Source: Azolla caroliniana (taxonomy: Eukaryota; Plantae; Polypodiophyta). Taken from it: DNA of 64,000 nucleotides. Made by a program: the position numbers and the translations under genes. The DNA lies in the NCBI GenBank assembly GCA_043228905.1, contig JBHGNT010000006.1:19778001-19842000 (forward strand), read 5' to 3'. A model generated the notes under the pieces. It was not told where the DNA came from and made no database searches. It worked only from the letters and a program-made list of their open reading frames with translations. This document shows positions 1-11,451 of the stretch, piece by piece. How positions within the stretch are numbered: the first letter of the stretch is position 1; each line of letters opens with the position of its first letter.

Positions 1-3000
1 CGGCCCAAGGACTCTCGTGGTACGCCATTAACAAGTTGTCCTGCTCGTCCTCTCTTACCACTACGCGGAGTGGAACGCCGCCTCGCTTCTTTGGGAGCCT
101 CCATATGTTCTTGTCTCGTAGGAAGAACCAGTAAGCTTTCTTTCGGATCCGGTTAGCCTCTTCCTTTGTCCACGTTGCGTTTGGTGTCATTGTCTTCAGG
201 AACCTACCGATCTGGAACCACTCCCCGTCGTACTCGCCTTCATGGAATTCATGAAGCGCCGGAGGGCTCCTTTCCCTCGTTATGTATGTCGTCTCGAAGA
301 AGTCTACGCCGACTTCCTCGTCCTCCGAAACCATGCCGTCCTCATCGTCGAACCGCGCTCTCGAAAGCATGTCGGCCATGGCGTTGTCCTTCCCGGAGAT
401 GTGCCGTATCTCCGGATTTAGGGACTTGATGTACGCGATCCATCTGAGCATTGCTAGGTCCGGAGTTGCGCATCCGAAAATCATACCAAGAATCGGTAGG
501 CAGTCCATCTTGATTATTACCTCCATCCCTATAAGATAATCTTTGCCGGCCTTAATCGCTGAAACGATACCCCATAGTTCGTGCTTAACTTGGGCGTATC
601 CTCGTTGTCACTCACTGAGAACCTTCGCCCCGAACCGGATCGGGAACCGCGCGCCGCTCTCGTCCTCCTGATTGATCACCCATCCGATCCCGGTCGGGTT
701 GGTGTCAACGGTTACGTAGATGGGGACCTCCTTGCCATAAACCGCCTTCCTGAGAGCCGGTGTTGCGGTAAGCGCCTCCTTCAGTCTCTGGACCGACTCC
801 GTATGCTCCTTGCCCCGATCAAATTTGCGCCCCCTTTTTAGCAACCCGTAAAGTGGTTCCGCGACATGTGCGTAGTGCAGAATCCAGATGTGGTAGAACG
901 CGCACGCACCCAAGAACCTCTGCACCTCCGTAACCGACTTGCACTCTTCCATCGTTGTAGAGATGGCTTCTATCTTTGCCGGAGATGGTTTCCGGCCGTA
1001 GGGCCTGCACAAGTGACTGACCACTAGGATCTCTGATTGGCCGAATGTTGATTTCTCCCCGGAGAAGGTGAGTCGTGCGACCTCCAGTCTTTGCAGCACC
1101 TTCTCGCAGTCATTAATGTGGTCCGTGACGAACCTCCGGCATCCGTCCAACCCAACCACCTCGTCCTTATGCTCCACTGGATATCCTTTGATCGGGATGT
1201 CATCTAGGAATGACATGGTGATGTCCGGGATGTAGTCCCTTAGCACCTTGTTCATTGCATTCACCATGTGCGCCACCGAGTTTGTCCCTCCTTGCGGGAG
1301 GGTACACATCTGCACTAAGCTGAGAGGGGTCCGCATCGTCATGATATCCCTGCTTTCTACGGCTAGTTGGAACTGATCGTACCCCGAGTACAGATCACCA
1401 ACCGAATAGATTGACCTTCAGGCGAAGGCTTCCGCGAACTCGTCTATCGTTGGTCCGATACCTGCATTACGAATGGTCACCCTGTTGACCGGTTGCAGGT
1501 CTTGAATGAAGCACAACGTGCCGTTCTTCTTTGGCACGGTAAACCACCGGTTCAAATATGGGGCATTCGATGGTTTGAGGATGACCATCTCCACCTTCTG
1601 CTTCAGTAGCTCCATCAACTTCGGGATGTAAGCTTTGGGTACCAGAATTGGCTTGAGATTCCACGGCACATGTGGCACCGTGAATATCACCATCGACTCT
1701 ACGATCTTCGGGTCAATGCACCCGATCTCCTCCGGCGAGAATGCGAAGGCTCTCCCGTGCCTTCCGAGCATCCTCCGAAACCGGTCCTCCTCCGCCAGTA
1801 GTAAAAACCCACCCCCACCAACCTTGAGCTCCCGTAACGTTATGTCGGTGAATCGCTGCCCTATGCCGACCGGTTGACGTAAACTTGGGTCCGACGCGAC
1901 CCCCTTTATCAGCTCTTCGCTACCCTCCGGCAAGGGTGCCGCGACTGGCCTCACCTTCTAGTCCACAGTCTTGTACTTGGTATCCACAAGGGCCGTCCGA
2001 CCGAACCCGACCTTTTTCCCGAAGTCAGCAATGACTTCGTACATCTCTACCGAACTAACCGGAACTGCCCAGTCTTCACTAAGGCCTCCTTCGACAACCT
2101 TGCATAATTCCCCCAAGGTGTCATCGAAGGAGACCGCCTCCACGGCACTGCCAATCTCTTCGCCGGGGCCAAGGACCCCGAGCGCCCTGAGTCTTTCTTC
2201 CGCCTTCTTCCTTTCCTGGCCACTGATACCGGCTATGGTACAACCTCCATTATCGGAGAACCAAAATTTTCTACCTATGGTACACGTGTGGGGTTCTTCC
2301 GAGGTGTCCGGACTATTGCGGCCCCACGCCTTGATAGCCCTCTCTAAAAATCCCGTCGTCTCTCGCCACCGAGGGTCTCACGGTTACGCTCATGGTTCGG
2401 TCTCACTGTCAAAATTTGAATGGAGCGTTGTCCGTCCTAGCTCTTCACGCGCGCGTATGCCAATCCATTGTCAAGCACCTTCGTTTCCATCTGTGCTACC
2501 GTAATGTATGGCTCACCGAGTATCACCGGGTGCGAAGAGGTCTCCTGCACAAAGAAGTGTTGATATCTCAACGTCGCCGATCTTTACGCGTACATTCGGG
2601 CACGCACCATGCAGCTCCTCTGTAGCACGTGTCATCGCGCGTATCTTCCACCCGTGCTTGGTGTTGATCAGCCACTTCCCCTTTTTGTAGAAGTCCATGG
2701 ACATCAGGTTGATCTCCGAGCCGTGGTCTATCAATGCCACCACCGGCTCCTGCACGTCCCCAACCCGGACATGGGTCTCCGTAGTGGCCCTGGCCCAATG
2801 CGGCTTCGCGTAGTAGCTGTCCGTCAACTCATCCTCTAGGGTCGTGTCTTCTAGGTGCATCATCCGCACCTCCACAAGCTTCTCCGGCTCCGGCTCCGTC
2901 GAGAGCCGCTTCCGCTTCACCAAGTCCACAATGGAGTTGTGGAACTCCTTCTTGGTGATTCCGAGCACCTCCCTCAGCGACAGCTACACCTTGCTGTCGA

Positions 3001-4474
3001 GAATCTGTTCCTCGAGGACCTTCCACAAGTCCGTTGACCTCTCAATCTCCGTGCTCAGCCAGTAACTGGCCCTTTTCGTTTTATCTGGCACCCGGTGTTG
3101 CCAACATTGTTCTGCTTTGGTCCGAATCGGGTCTCATACTGTTGTGAGGGACCGGCGCCCCCAGCCCTTCCCGCGCGCTTGTCTCCTACCAGAACCTCGT
3201 AGTTCTGGCATGCGGCTTCCACGAAGCCAGTCTTTTCTTCAACCAGATCGTCCCATCCGGGGACCTCCTGGATACGTTGTTCCGCCTCCTCCTTCTTTAG
3301 CCATACCCCGGAGAGGCCTTCCAGCACCAGCGGCCAGAATCTGGAGTCTTTTGCCTTCCGACCCTCGTCGCCCCCGACCCGGATACCCGCTGACGCGGAG
3401 TAGTGGATGGCCTCTGCATGTCGCGTCGCAACTTCTTCCATCAAGAGCTTCATCCCATCGCGCCTAGTGTTCAACTCTAGGGCTTTCTGCGTGTCGCCGG
3501 CATACACCTGCCCATTCTAGAGGCACACCACGTTGGCCCGGAGTGCCTCTGCGAAATCCGCGCATTCTTTCTGGATGTGACCACACCACATGCATCGCTT
3601 CCCCGTCAGCGGCCTCCGGTCACGAGGTTGATCGCCGTTGTCCGTACTTGTGCGATCTGGAGGTCGCACACAATTTGCGTTAGCTCTTCCAGAGCCGCTC
3701 CTCCAAAAGAGCCTTGGACCACTCCGCTCGAGGTTGGGCCCGTCTCGAGCCAATTCCGAGTCTCTTCCTTCCTAGCCGGCACCGATATCGGCTCCTCGAG
3801 CTTCCTCGCCGGGACCGACCCCGACGCCGTCGAGCCCTCATCGCTCCACTCGCCCCGCTTGTCAAAGCGGGCGTAGACCCTTTTGACCACGGCCTAGTCG
3901 GCCATGAGGCCGTCATCCGTCTCCAATAGGAGAGCCACCTTCTCCCGATCTAGTGCGTGCACCAACTTGACGAACAACAAGACCCTACTCGTGTCGAGCA
4001 CGGTCTGATCCAACACCGACAACCTAACGAATTGTTGTTCGAATTCCTGGAGGAGCACTGACGCGTTCCTCCCCTTTCCAGGGCTCTCAACCCAAGCCAT
4101 GAAGTCCCGCTTCGACAGCCGAAGCGAATCGTCATACCCGTACTTCTTGAGGAGCCGCCCCTCGAGCTCCACCCAAACTTGGCATCCGGCTAGCACCTTG
4201 AGCACCTCCACGTGGATGCTCGGCGTCACCACTCGAGGGAACCTGGACAATCGTTTGTCCTCTGGGATGTTCCTCATGATCATTTCGGCCCGATAGGCCT
4301 CCAAATAGCTCGTGGCATTCTTCCCACCGAATCGGCCTATGGTGCCGACAATCGATTCTACGGCCCTATCAAGGGCACCCGTTCCCTCACGAGCACTCAG
4401 TAGCCTGTCGACAACTACTGCCATAGCTTTCACAAGCTCAGATCCCCTCATCTTCAACTCCTTTGCCGCCTTCT

Positions 4475-4492
4475 TTCACGTCGGGTTCACCA
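4475..4492 (-). promoter_or_regulatory. Primer binding site complementary to tRNA-Trp
   Basis: The + strand reads TTCACGTCGGGTTCACCA, matching the 3' end of plant cytosolic tRNA-Trp plus CCA as I recall it. It lies 5 nt from the LTR. Confidence 0.85.
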
Positions 4493-4497
4493 AATTA

Positions 4498-4595
4498 TGT
4501 CGTGTTGTTACGCTCTCACGTGTGAAATGAGGCGGAACCACGGGGGCCCTGAACCAAGGAGCGTGAGAAAGGAGAGGGAGAGAGATTCGCAGAAG

Positions 4596-4627
<32 letters not shown>

Positions 4628-5133
4628 ACAGAAAATTCAATTACAATGTCACCTATGATTACAACCGGCAAACCAACAACAGACCCAAAACGGGGGGGGT
4701 CCCACGCACACACACGGACAACACAGAGAACACACGATGGAGCCTCCGCTGGAAGCACACGGGCTTACACGCAGCAGAGGCAACCTACACAGAGACGTAG
4801 TGGAGAGCAACCGTAGAGGAGGAGAGAGCTCGGTTCCCAGTCCGACAACACTCCGTCCTCGCCAAAACGTGATACCTATCTCCTTCTTCTCCCCTCCCTT
4901 TTATAGGTCGCCGAGGAGGCCGTTACATCAAAACATATTGAATTTATTCTCTGTCCTTTCAGACAGAGATACGCATCGGTTCCCTAGACAATTAATACCC
5001 TTCCTAATACATAGGTACATCAACCAATCTATTCCTAGCTATGTACAATTCATAAACATACACACATGCGCAAAAAGGATTGGGTCATGCTTCTTCCCCT
5101 TGATTCCTCCTAGGGGCGGTTTTCTCCACGACA
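4498..5133 (-). repeat. 5' LTR of the Gypsy element at 1-5133
   Basis: Termini TGTCGTG (4498) and CACGACA (5133) form a 7-bp inverted repeat. The PBS is adjacent, and a Copia RT frame resumes at 5134. Confidence 0.88.
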
Positions 5134-6898
5134 CTGGTTAGGCTTCTATTGTATGTTGATGATTTAGTCATCGCCGGTACCGTCCTGGACGAAATCCCCC
5201 GTGTAAAGTCTCAACTCGTGGCATCATTTGAAATGAAGGATCTTGGAGACCTTCATTACTTCCTCGGGATCAAAGTGATCCGCGCCCCCGAAGGCATATT
5301 GATCAACCAACGTCATTACGCGTTGAACATGCTCTTCAAGTTCGAGATGGCCAACTGTAAGCCCATCTCGACCCCTTTGGATAGAAACGCAAAGCTTTGC
5401 CGAGATTCGGGAAAGGCATGTGACCCGACACGGTATCGACAGATGTCGAAAGCCTAATATATTTGATGATCACCAGGGCGGATCTCAGCTACCTGGTTGG
5501 AATGATCAGTTAGTTTATGTCGCAGCCTATGGCCGAACACTTTCAATGCGCGCAAAGGATATTGCGATATGTCAGCAACACGAAACACATGGCGTTGTTG
5601 TATCGGGCATGCGTAGCCGAACAGATGGTTGGCTACACGGATGCCGATTGGGCCGGAAACGTCAGTGATCGTAGATCCACATCCGGATACACCTTCTCAT
5701 TAGGAAGTGCAACGATTGCATGGAGCAATAAGAAGCATCCAACAGTAGCATTGTCGAGCACGGAGGCCGAATATCGAGGGGCGACTGTCGCTACGTGCGA
5801 AGTCATTTGGTTGAAATGACTGTTACAAGATCTGCATGTGGAGGTGTTCGATCCGACGATGATCTATTGCGACAACCTTAGCAATATCCACCTTGCAAAA
5901 AACCCTGTATTCCACGCCCGGACCAAGCACATTGAGGTGCATTACCATTTTGTCTACGAGCGGGTCCTTTCAGGTGAAGTTGAACTAGCGTATGTTCCGA
6001 CGGATCGACAAGTTGCTGACATTTTCACCAAGCCTCTTGGTCTCGACAAGTTGCGGCATTTCTCGGGTGAGCTTGGGTTGCGTCACCTCGACATGCCAAA
6101 CTTGAGGGGGAGACAGGAACAAGAGAGTGAAAGGAGCTGAGGTGATCATCGCGGCGGAAGTGACCGTGATGCGGAGTCGGATGAAGAATTCAATTTCGGG
6201 CTGGCTGAAGAAGCCGATGAAGAGAGCAAGGGCCATAATCATAGGGAAGAGCCGAGGACAACCAAATCAGGGGGAGGTAAGGCCAAGACCAAGACGTGGT
6301 CTAACATTGTCAAAGTCCTAAAGACTGAAGACAAATTGGAGACAACCAATTCGAATGGAAGTGGAATTGAATCGGAAGAGACTGATTCAATCAAAATGTT
6401 CGATTCGGATATTACGAATCGATTGAGGGCCAAGCAGAGGAAAGGGCAGCGGAAGAGGCGCCAACACCGCAACAACAAGGGAGCTGAGAAGGGCCAAATT
6501 ACCAGACAAGCCAACCAGAAGGGTCGAGGAACGCGAGCAAGGCGTGAAGCCAGGAAAAGCCAGAGTGAAGATCCGGAGGAGCATGTGGAACTTCAAGTTG
6601 AGCTTGAGGGGGAGTGTTGAGTGACAAGCTCAACATTGGGTGCGTAACCTAGTGCGTAGACTGGGTGCGTAAAACAGTATGCATAACGTGGTCGTATCGG
6701 TGTGTAAACTGAAAGGCCGTTAGTATGGTATTCCTCGTAAGGAATAAATTTGGGAGTTAGTGTAGTAGGCTCATTTATGAGCAGTGAAGTACTATCAGTA
6801 CTTGTGTCAGCTCGATAGTCAGGGCTTGTATAAAAGGTGCTCACTGAGCACGACGTATGTACAGAGGGTCATTATTTTGAAATAGAATTGAGTTGTTT

Positions 6899-6958
<60 letters not shown>

Positions 6959-7041
6959 TCCATCTCTGCGTTTTCTGTGTTTTTTACCAAACTGTCATTC
7001 TCTGAACTATGTACTCTGTGTTTCGCATGCGCTTTTGCACA
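5134..7041 (+). mobile_element. Ty1/Copia 3' half (RT, RNase H, PPT, 3' LTR), degenerate
   Basis: LLYVDD (5149-5457), GYTDADWAG and SSTEAEY (5517-5819), TKHIEVHYHF (5838-6140). PPT GAGGGGGAG is followed by TGTTGAG at 6615. The LTR right end (about 7041) is uncertain. Confidence 0.88.
6900..6953. repeat. (CT)n microsatellite
   Basis: Uninterrupted CT run. Confidence 0.95.
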
Positions 7042-9072
7042 CGTATTCTTTTACAATTCCAAATTCGTCATGTTCAATTACATTAAGCCATATGCAATCA
7101 ATCTATCAACAAGCTGGAACGACGAGCTCTTCTAGACTAGTTGGTTGTTGTAGATCGTCCTCATTGGCATTTTCGGTACACACAGTCGAATTTAAGATTT
7201 GTTCAGACTCTGTAACATCTTCCACGTCAACAACATCCCATGCTTCTTCATCAATTGGCTCCATTGGTTCTCAGGATGCTAGTTGGAATCTTTCATATTC
7301 GTTTATATGCTTAGCTCCAACTTCTTGGTCTTGATCTGGACAATCCCAAATACCTTGGATCCGCATTTTGATGAAGTTGACTTGTTCAGAGTCCTTCTCT
7401 AGCGCAACAGAGTTCCTAAAGATCTTTAGCGCACACGTTGTCGTAGTACCTGAAATCATAAAGCAAGTCAAATTACATTCCCTAGCCTTTAACACAAACC
7501 ACAATAACATCCATATACTATAATCCATATACACTATACATGTGCTGGAGAACAAATCTAGCACCCAATCATCTAGGTCAGGGAAGAGCTTGATCAGGCA
7601 GTTGATCAATCTTTGTGGTTTTTGGTAAGGGTTAACTAGACTCTTATCGTCGGATATATAGCGCAACTTTTTTGCCATGGCAGGGCACATGATATATGTG
7701 ACAACATTCCTTTCATTCACATGTGCCCGCACCTTCTTTGTGATTGAGTCATAGTAATCAACACAAATATGCTCAACCGCATTAACAATCCGTTTGCCCG
7801 GACTACGTGTAATATTTGTTTTGATCCTATCAAATTTGCACATTCAATGTTACCATTGTTACATTGTAAAGTTTTTGCAACATATTTAAACAATCTTAAT
7901 ACTATAACTTACCAATGCATATGTTCGGTAGCATGACAACGCGACTTCAATGCAGTTGTTATAGATAAAGATTGACCCGTGCTGTGAAAAATCACAATTC
8001 GCCACAACGGTGCAAGGGTCAACTCTACCAAGTCTTTCACCATTTTTTTTATTTGAGGATATTTGAAAGGCACATCGTCATACATAGATCCCGCTACGGA
8101 ATCCCTATGGAATGTTTGCGATTAACAATGTGTAGTGCCTTTTCGGTAATATGCTACTCATATTAGCCACTTCCCCGTTGAACACAGTATAGTGCAATTG
8201 TCAGAAAGTGTTGCCCTGTGCAAAAAACTTTTAATTGTCTCCAAATCCTCAAGCACAGCTAGCTCTTTCCCTTTTGTCATCCTCTTCTCGTATTTAGCTC
8301 TTTCTAAGTGCATGATAAACGAACTTGGAATGCCTTCATTTGTATCACTTGTTTTATTTGAACGAGGTGGTTTCCGCAATTATCAACTCTATTAGGAATA
8401 TTATTATAACAAAAGCACTTAAAACAACACAATACCAAGTATTACAACATATCTAAAACTACAATTACACTTACCCATTCTCTAAATACAATAAAGAATT
8501 CTTCCAAAGCCTTGTACGATGATGTTACTGGGCATGCCTATTCAACTTCTTCCCATGTCGGCATGCATAACTTCTTCATCATCAACTCTTGAACTTTCAT
8601 ATATACTTCGTGACTAAAGAAGAAATAAAATATGTCGTCAGTGATGAAATGTATAATTAGTCAAACCAAGATTATTTCTAAAAAGTTCTTACTTTTGGAA
8701 TTTTGTGACCATCTCATCTAATGAAAACTCTTTTGCGGCCAATCGAGAAAGCAAAGATATTAACAATCGGTTGTCCTTGATTCCTTGTAGTGACTGCCAT
8801 GGCAAGAGCTTCATATCTTCAGGCAACTCTTCAATAATCAAGTCACTCTTCCGTGACTTTGCCTCTATCTCTACCTGAGGGTCTAATTTACCCTTCTTCG
8901 CCCGTTGACCTTTTATTTCTTTACGCTCCCACATTGAAAAGATTTTTTCTTGTAAGTCCAGACCTCGCTAGTTCGAAATGCTAGTTAAAACCACAAATTG
9001 TACTTTCTTAAGCTTTCCGATTTCGTGCTTTTGTCGACAACTATCCAAACTACAAGCAAACACTATCAGCGC

Positions 9073-9768
9073 TGTCGTGAAGGATTTGCTTCACGATATA
9101 AAAATAAATTTAAATATTGAATTCAGTAATATTTCAAAACACTTGAACCCACAACCTTATAAACCAAGCACAATGTATATACCACTAGGGTAGGCTATTT
9201 GTTTTTAGAAATGTCAAGAATGTGCTTCACTATATAAGAATAAACTTAAATACTTTTGTATTAAGTAAAATTGAGGGACTTGAACCCTCAACCTTGTATA
9301 TCAAGCACAAACCATACAACACTAAGCTAGGTTATTTGTTTTATATATCCATCATTATACTTATCCCAATACATGGGAACTCAAATGAGCATGATGGCTA
9401 TCATGCATCACATGCAATGCATGTGTGCCAAATGGCGATCATGCATTAGATGTAACTCATGCATTACATGCATAACATTACCATATGCATGGAAATACTT
9501 ATAAAAAGAGGGGAAAGGAAAACCAAAGGGGAGGAATTAGGGATCGGCAACGGTTCGGTTTAGGCTTAGCCGGTTTGGCCTGATCCAAGCCAAACCGGCT
9601 AAGCCTAAACCGTTTACAGGATCTCAAACCTGAGCCGAGCCGAGCCGAGCCGGTTCACAAACCGGTTTAGGCTAAACCGGTTTATGCTAAACCGGTTTGT
9701 GAACCGGCTTGGTAAACGGCTTGTAAACCGGTTTCCAAACCGGCTTGGAAACCGGTTTAGAAACTTCC

Positions 9769-9810
<42 letters not shown>

Positions 9811-10900
9811 ACCTCCCTCTCTCTCTCTCCCAGATGATCCCTCCCACTCTCTCTCACGTCTGTGGTCTCGACTCTCTCTCCCTCTCCCTCTCTCTCCCCT
9901 CTATGTAAATCCTCTCTCTCTCCCCTCTATGTAGTTCCTCTCTCTCTCCCCTCTATGTAGTTCCTCTCTCTCTCTCTCTCTCCCCTCTATGTAGTTCATC
10001 TCTCTCTCTCTCTCCCCTCTGTGTAGTCTCTCTCTCTCTCCCCTCTATGTAGTTCCTCTCTCTCTCTCTCTCTCTCTCTCCCCTCTGTGTAGTCTCTTTG
10101 TCTCTCCCCTCTATGTAGTTCCTCTCTCTCTCTCTCTCTCTCCCCTCTGTGTAGTCTCTCTGTCTCTCCCCTCTATGTAGTTCCTCTCTCTCTCTCTCTC
10201 TCCTTATATGTTGTCTCCCTCCCTCTCTCTCTCTCTCCTCGTTTGTGTAGTCTCTCTCTCTCCTTATATGTTGTCTCCCTCCCTCTCTCTCTCTCTCTCC
10301 TCGTCTATGTAGTTCTCCCTCCCTTACTCTCTCTCTCTCTTTCCCCTTGTCTGTTGTCTCTCTCCCCCTCTCTAAAGTTTATAAACGGCTTAAACGGTTT
10401 ATCCGGCTTAGCCGGCTTGAGCCGGTTTGGCGAGGCTCAAGCCAAGCCGAGCCGAGCTCAAACCGTTAAGGCAAGTTCAAGCCTAAACCGAGCCGAGCCG
10501 AGCCGCTAAGCCGCTAAGCCGTTTTCAAGCCGGCTAAGCCAAACGGTTTAGGCTTGAGCCGAGCCGTTGCCGATCCCTAGGAGGAATCAAAAAGAGAGAG
10601 TGAGAAAATAATATAATCAAGTAAAGAAGACTAGCTCATTGGGTGGAGAACCTCTCGTTTCGAAGTTGAGGTCGTGGGTTCACATCAAGGGTCGGTATTC
10701 AAAAGATTCATCTTACGATCAAGGATTGTAAAGTTGGTAAAATATTATATTTTTAATATACATCATGTTTATATCATATACTCTTGTTCCTTGAATCATA
10801 CTTTGTCTCAATCTTCTTTCTAGAATCATACTTTGTCTCAATCTTCTTTCTTGAATCATACATTGTCTCTATCTTTTATCTATGCTTGTGTGTGCGTGTA

Positions 10901-10931
<31 letters not shown>

Positions 10932-11068
10932 TTACTCGTAACTCTTCTTCTTACTATCCTTAACCATTCTATCATCACCATACAAGCCTTATTAAAAGTT
11001 AAGTTCCTTCAACTCCCCTTAACCTTAGTCCCCGCGACTTCGCCGCACGAACCACAACTACCCCGAGA
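9073..11068 (+). mobile_element. Solo-LTR-like insertion (TGTCGTG... family) splitting the ParB-MTase gene
   Basis: Starts TGTCGTG and ends CCCGAGA (a degenerate CACGACA). Flanked by a GCGC duplication (9069-9072 / 11069-11072; a 5-bp AGCGC reading is also possible). Removing it rejoins HPGLR|**CLL. TATA box at about 9500. Confidence 0.8.
9538..10579. mobile_element. Non-autonomous hAT-type DNA transposon (MITE)
   Basis: Perfect 16-bp TIRs TAGGGATCGGCAACGG / CCGTTGCCGATCCCTA. 8-bp TSD GGAGGAAT (9530-9537, 10580-10587). Subterminal AAACCGG/GCCGA repeats and an internal CT-rich minisatellite. Confidence 0.93.
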
Positions 11069-11451
11069 GCGCAAACCAGGATGGAGCTTGGGACCATATC
11101 TTTTCAATGTATCAAGATATTCATAATGAAAGAGTCGAATCCTTTCAATACATGGCATGTTTTGTCGATAATTGTTGTCATTGTTATGGTCCTAAGCCAA
11201 CAACTTGGCCTCTTCATGCGTAAGTCCGACACAAACTTTGCATTCAACATATTTGAAGAATGGTGTTAGTGGATACTCCTTCACAAGTTGTCTCTTGGCT
11301 TCAACTGAATGAGAACCTCCAATGATGTAGTAGGTGTAATTGTTCGCTGAACTATATTTGAAATCCGCAATTGTTGGACATTGGTCAGGGTTGACCATAA
11401 CTAAAAACGGCACAACAGTTGCATGTGGATTAATTTTCATTTTAGTCCTGA

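Larger units (their letters stand above)
1..5133 (-). mobile_element. Ty3/Gypsy LTR retrotransposon (5' LTR, gag, protease, RT, RNase H), degenerate, continues beyond the window start
   Basis: Minus-strand ORF pieces: gag 3894-4457, zinc knuckle CMWC..GHIQKEC 3517-3753, protease ALIDHGSEINLM 2513-2968, RT (WFTVPKKNG 1418-1954; FLDD 608-1342), RNase H (VTVDTNPTGIG). Stops and frameshifts separate the pieces. It is inserted into the RT of a Copia element. Confidence 0.93.
7106..11450 (-). pseudogene. Intron-containing ParB/Srx-like domain + beta-class N6A/N4C DNA methyltransferase fusion gene, decayed and 5'-truncated
   Basis: Reconstructed exons: about 11450-11069 joined to 9068-8693 across an insertion, then 8613-8475, 8388-7913, 7826-7540 and 7449-7106. 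GT-AG introns at 8614-8692, 8389-8474, 7827-7912 and 7450-7539 have compatible phases. Motifs: YYIIGGSHSVEA and EEAKLLA[W]DHN (ParB-like); FNGEV..LP..LLIANIP[*]G (motif IV, 8102-8116); HMHWIKTN; AVEHICV; YQKPQRLI..WVLDLFSST|[C]TTTTCALKIFRNSVALEKD (motifs X/I/II). Several premature stops and frameshifts. Confidence 0.82.

Noticed and set aside
6837-7334. SLSLSL/VCVCVC-rich ORFs here and at 9684, 10243, 15478 and 39456
   Set aside because: They are translations of microsatellites.
7271-7843. ORF 7271-7843 as a complete stand-alone methyltransferase
   Set aside because: It starts inside an intron, reads through a 90-nt in-frame intron, lacks motif IV (in the upstream exon, with a stop at Tyr) and ends at a probable premature stop.
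7106-11450. Bacterial or phage contamination as the source of the methyltransferase
   Set aside because: It has four GT-AG introns and is interleaved with plant LTR and hAT elements that carry TSDs.
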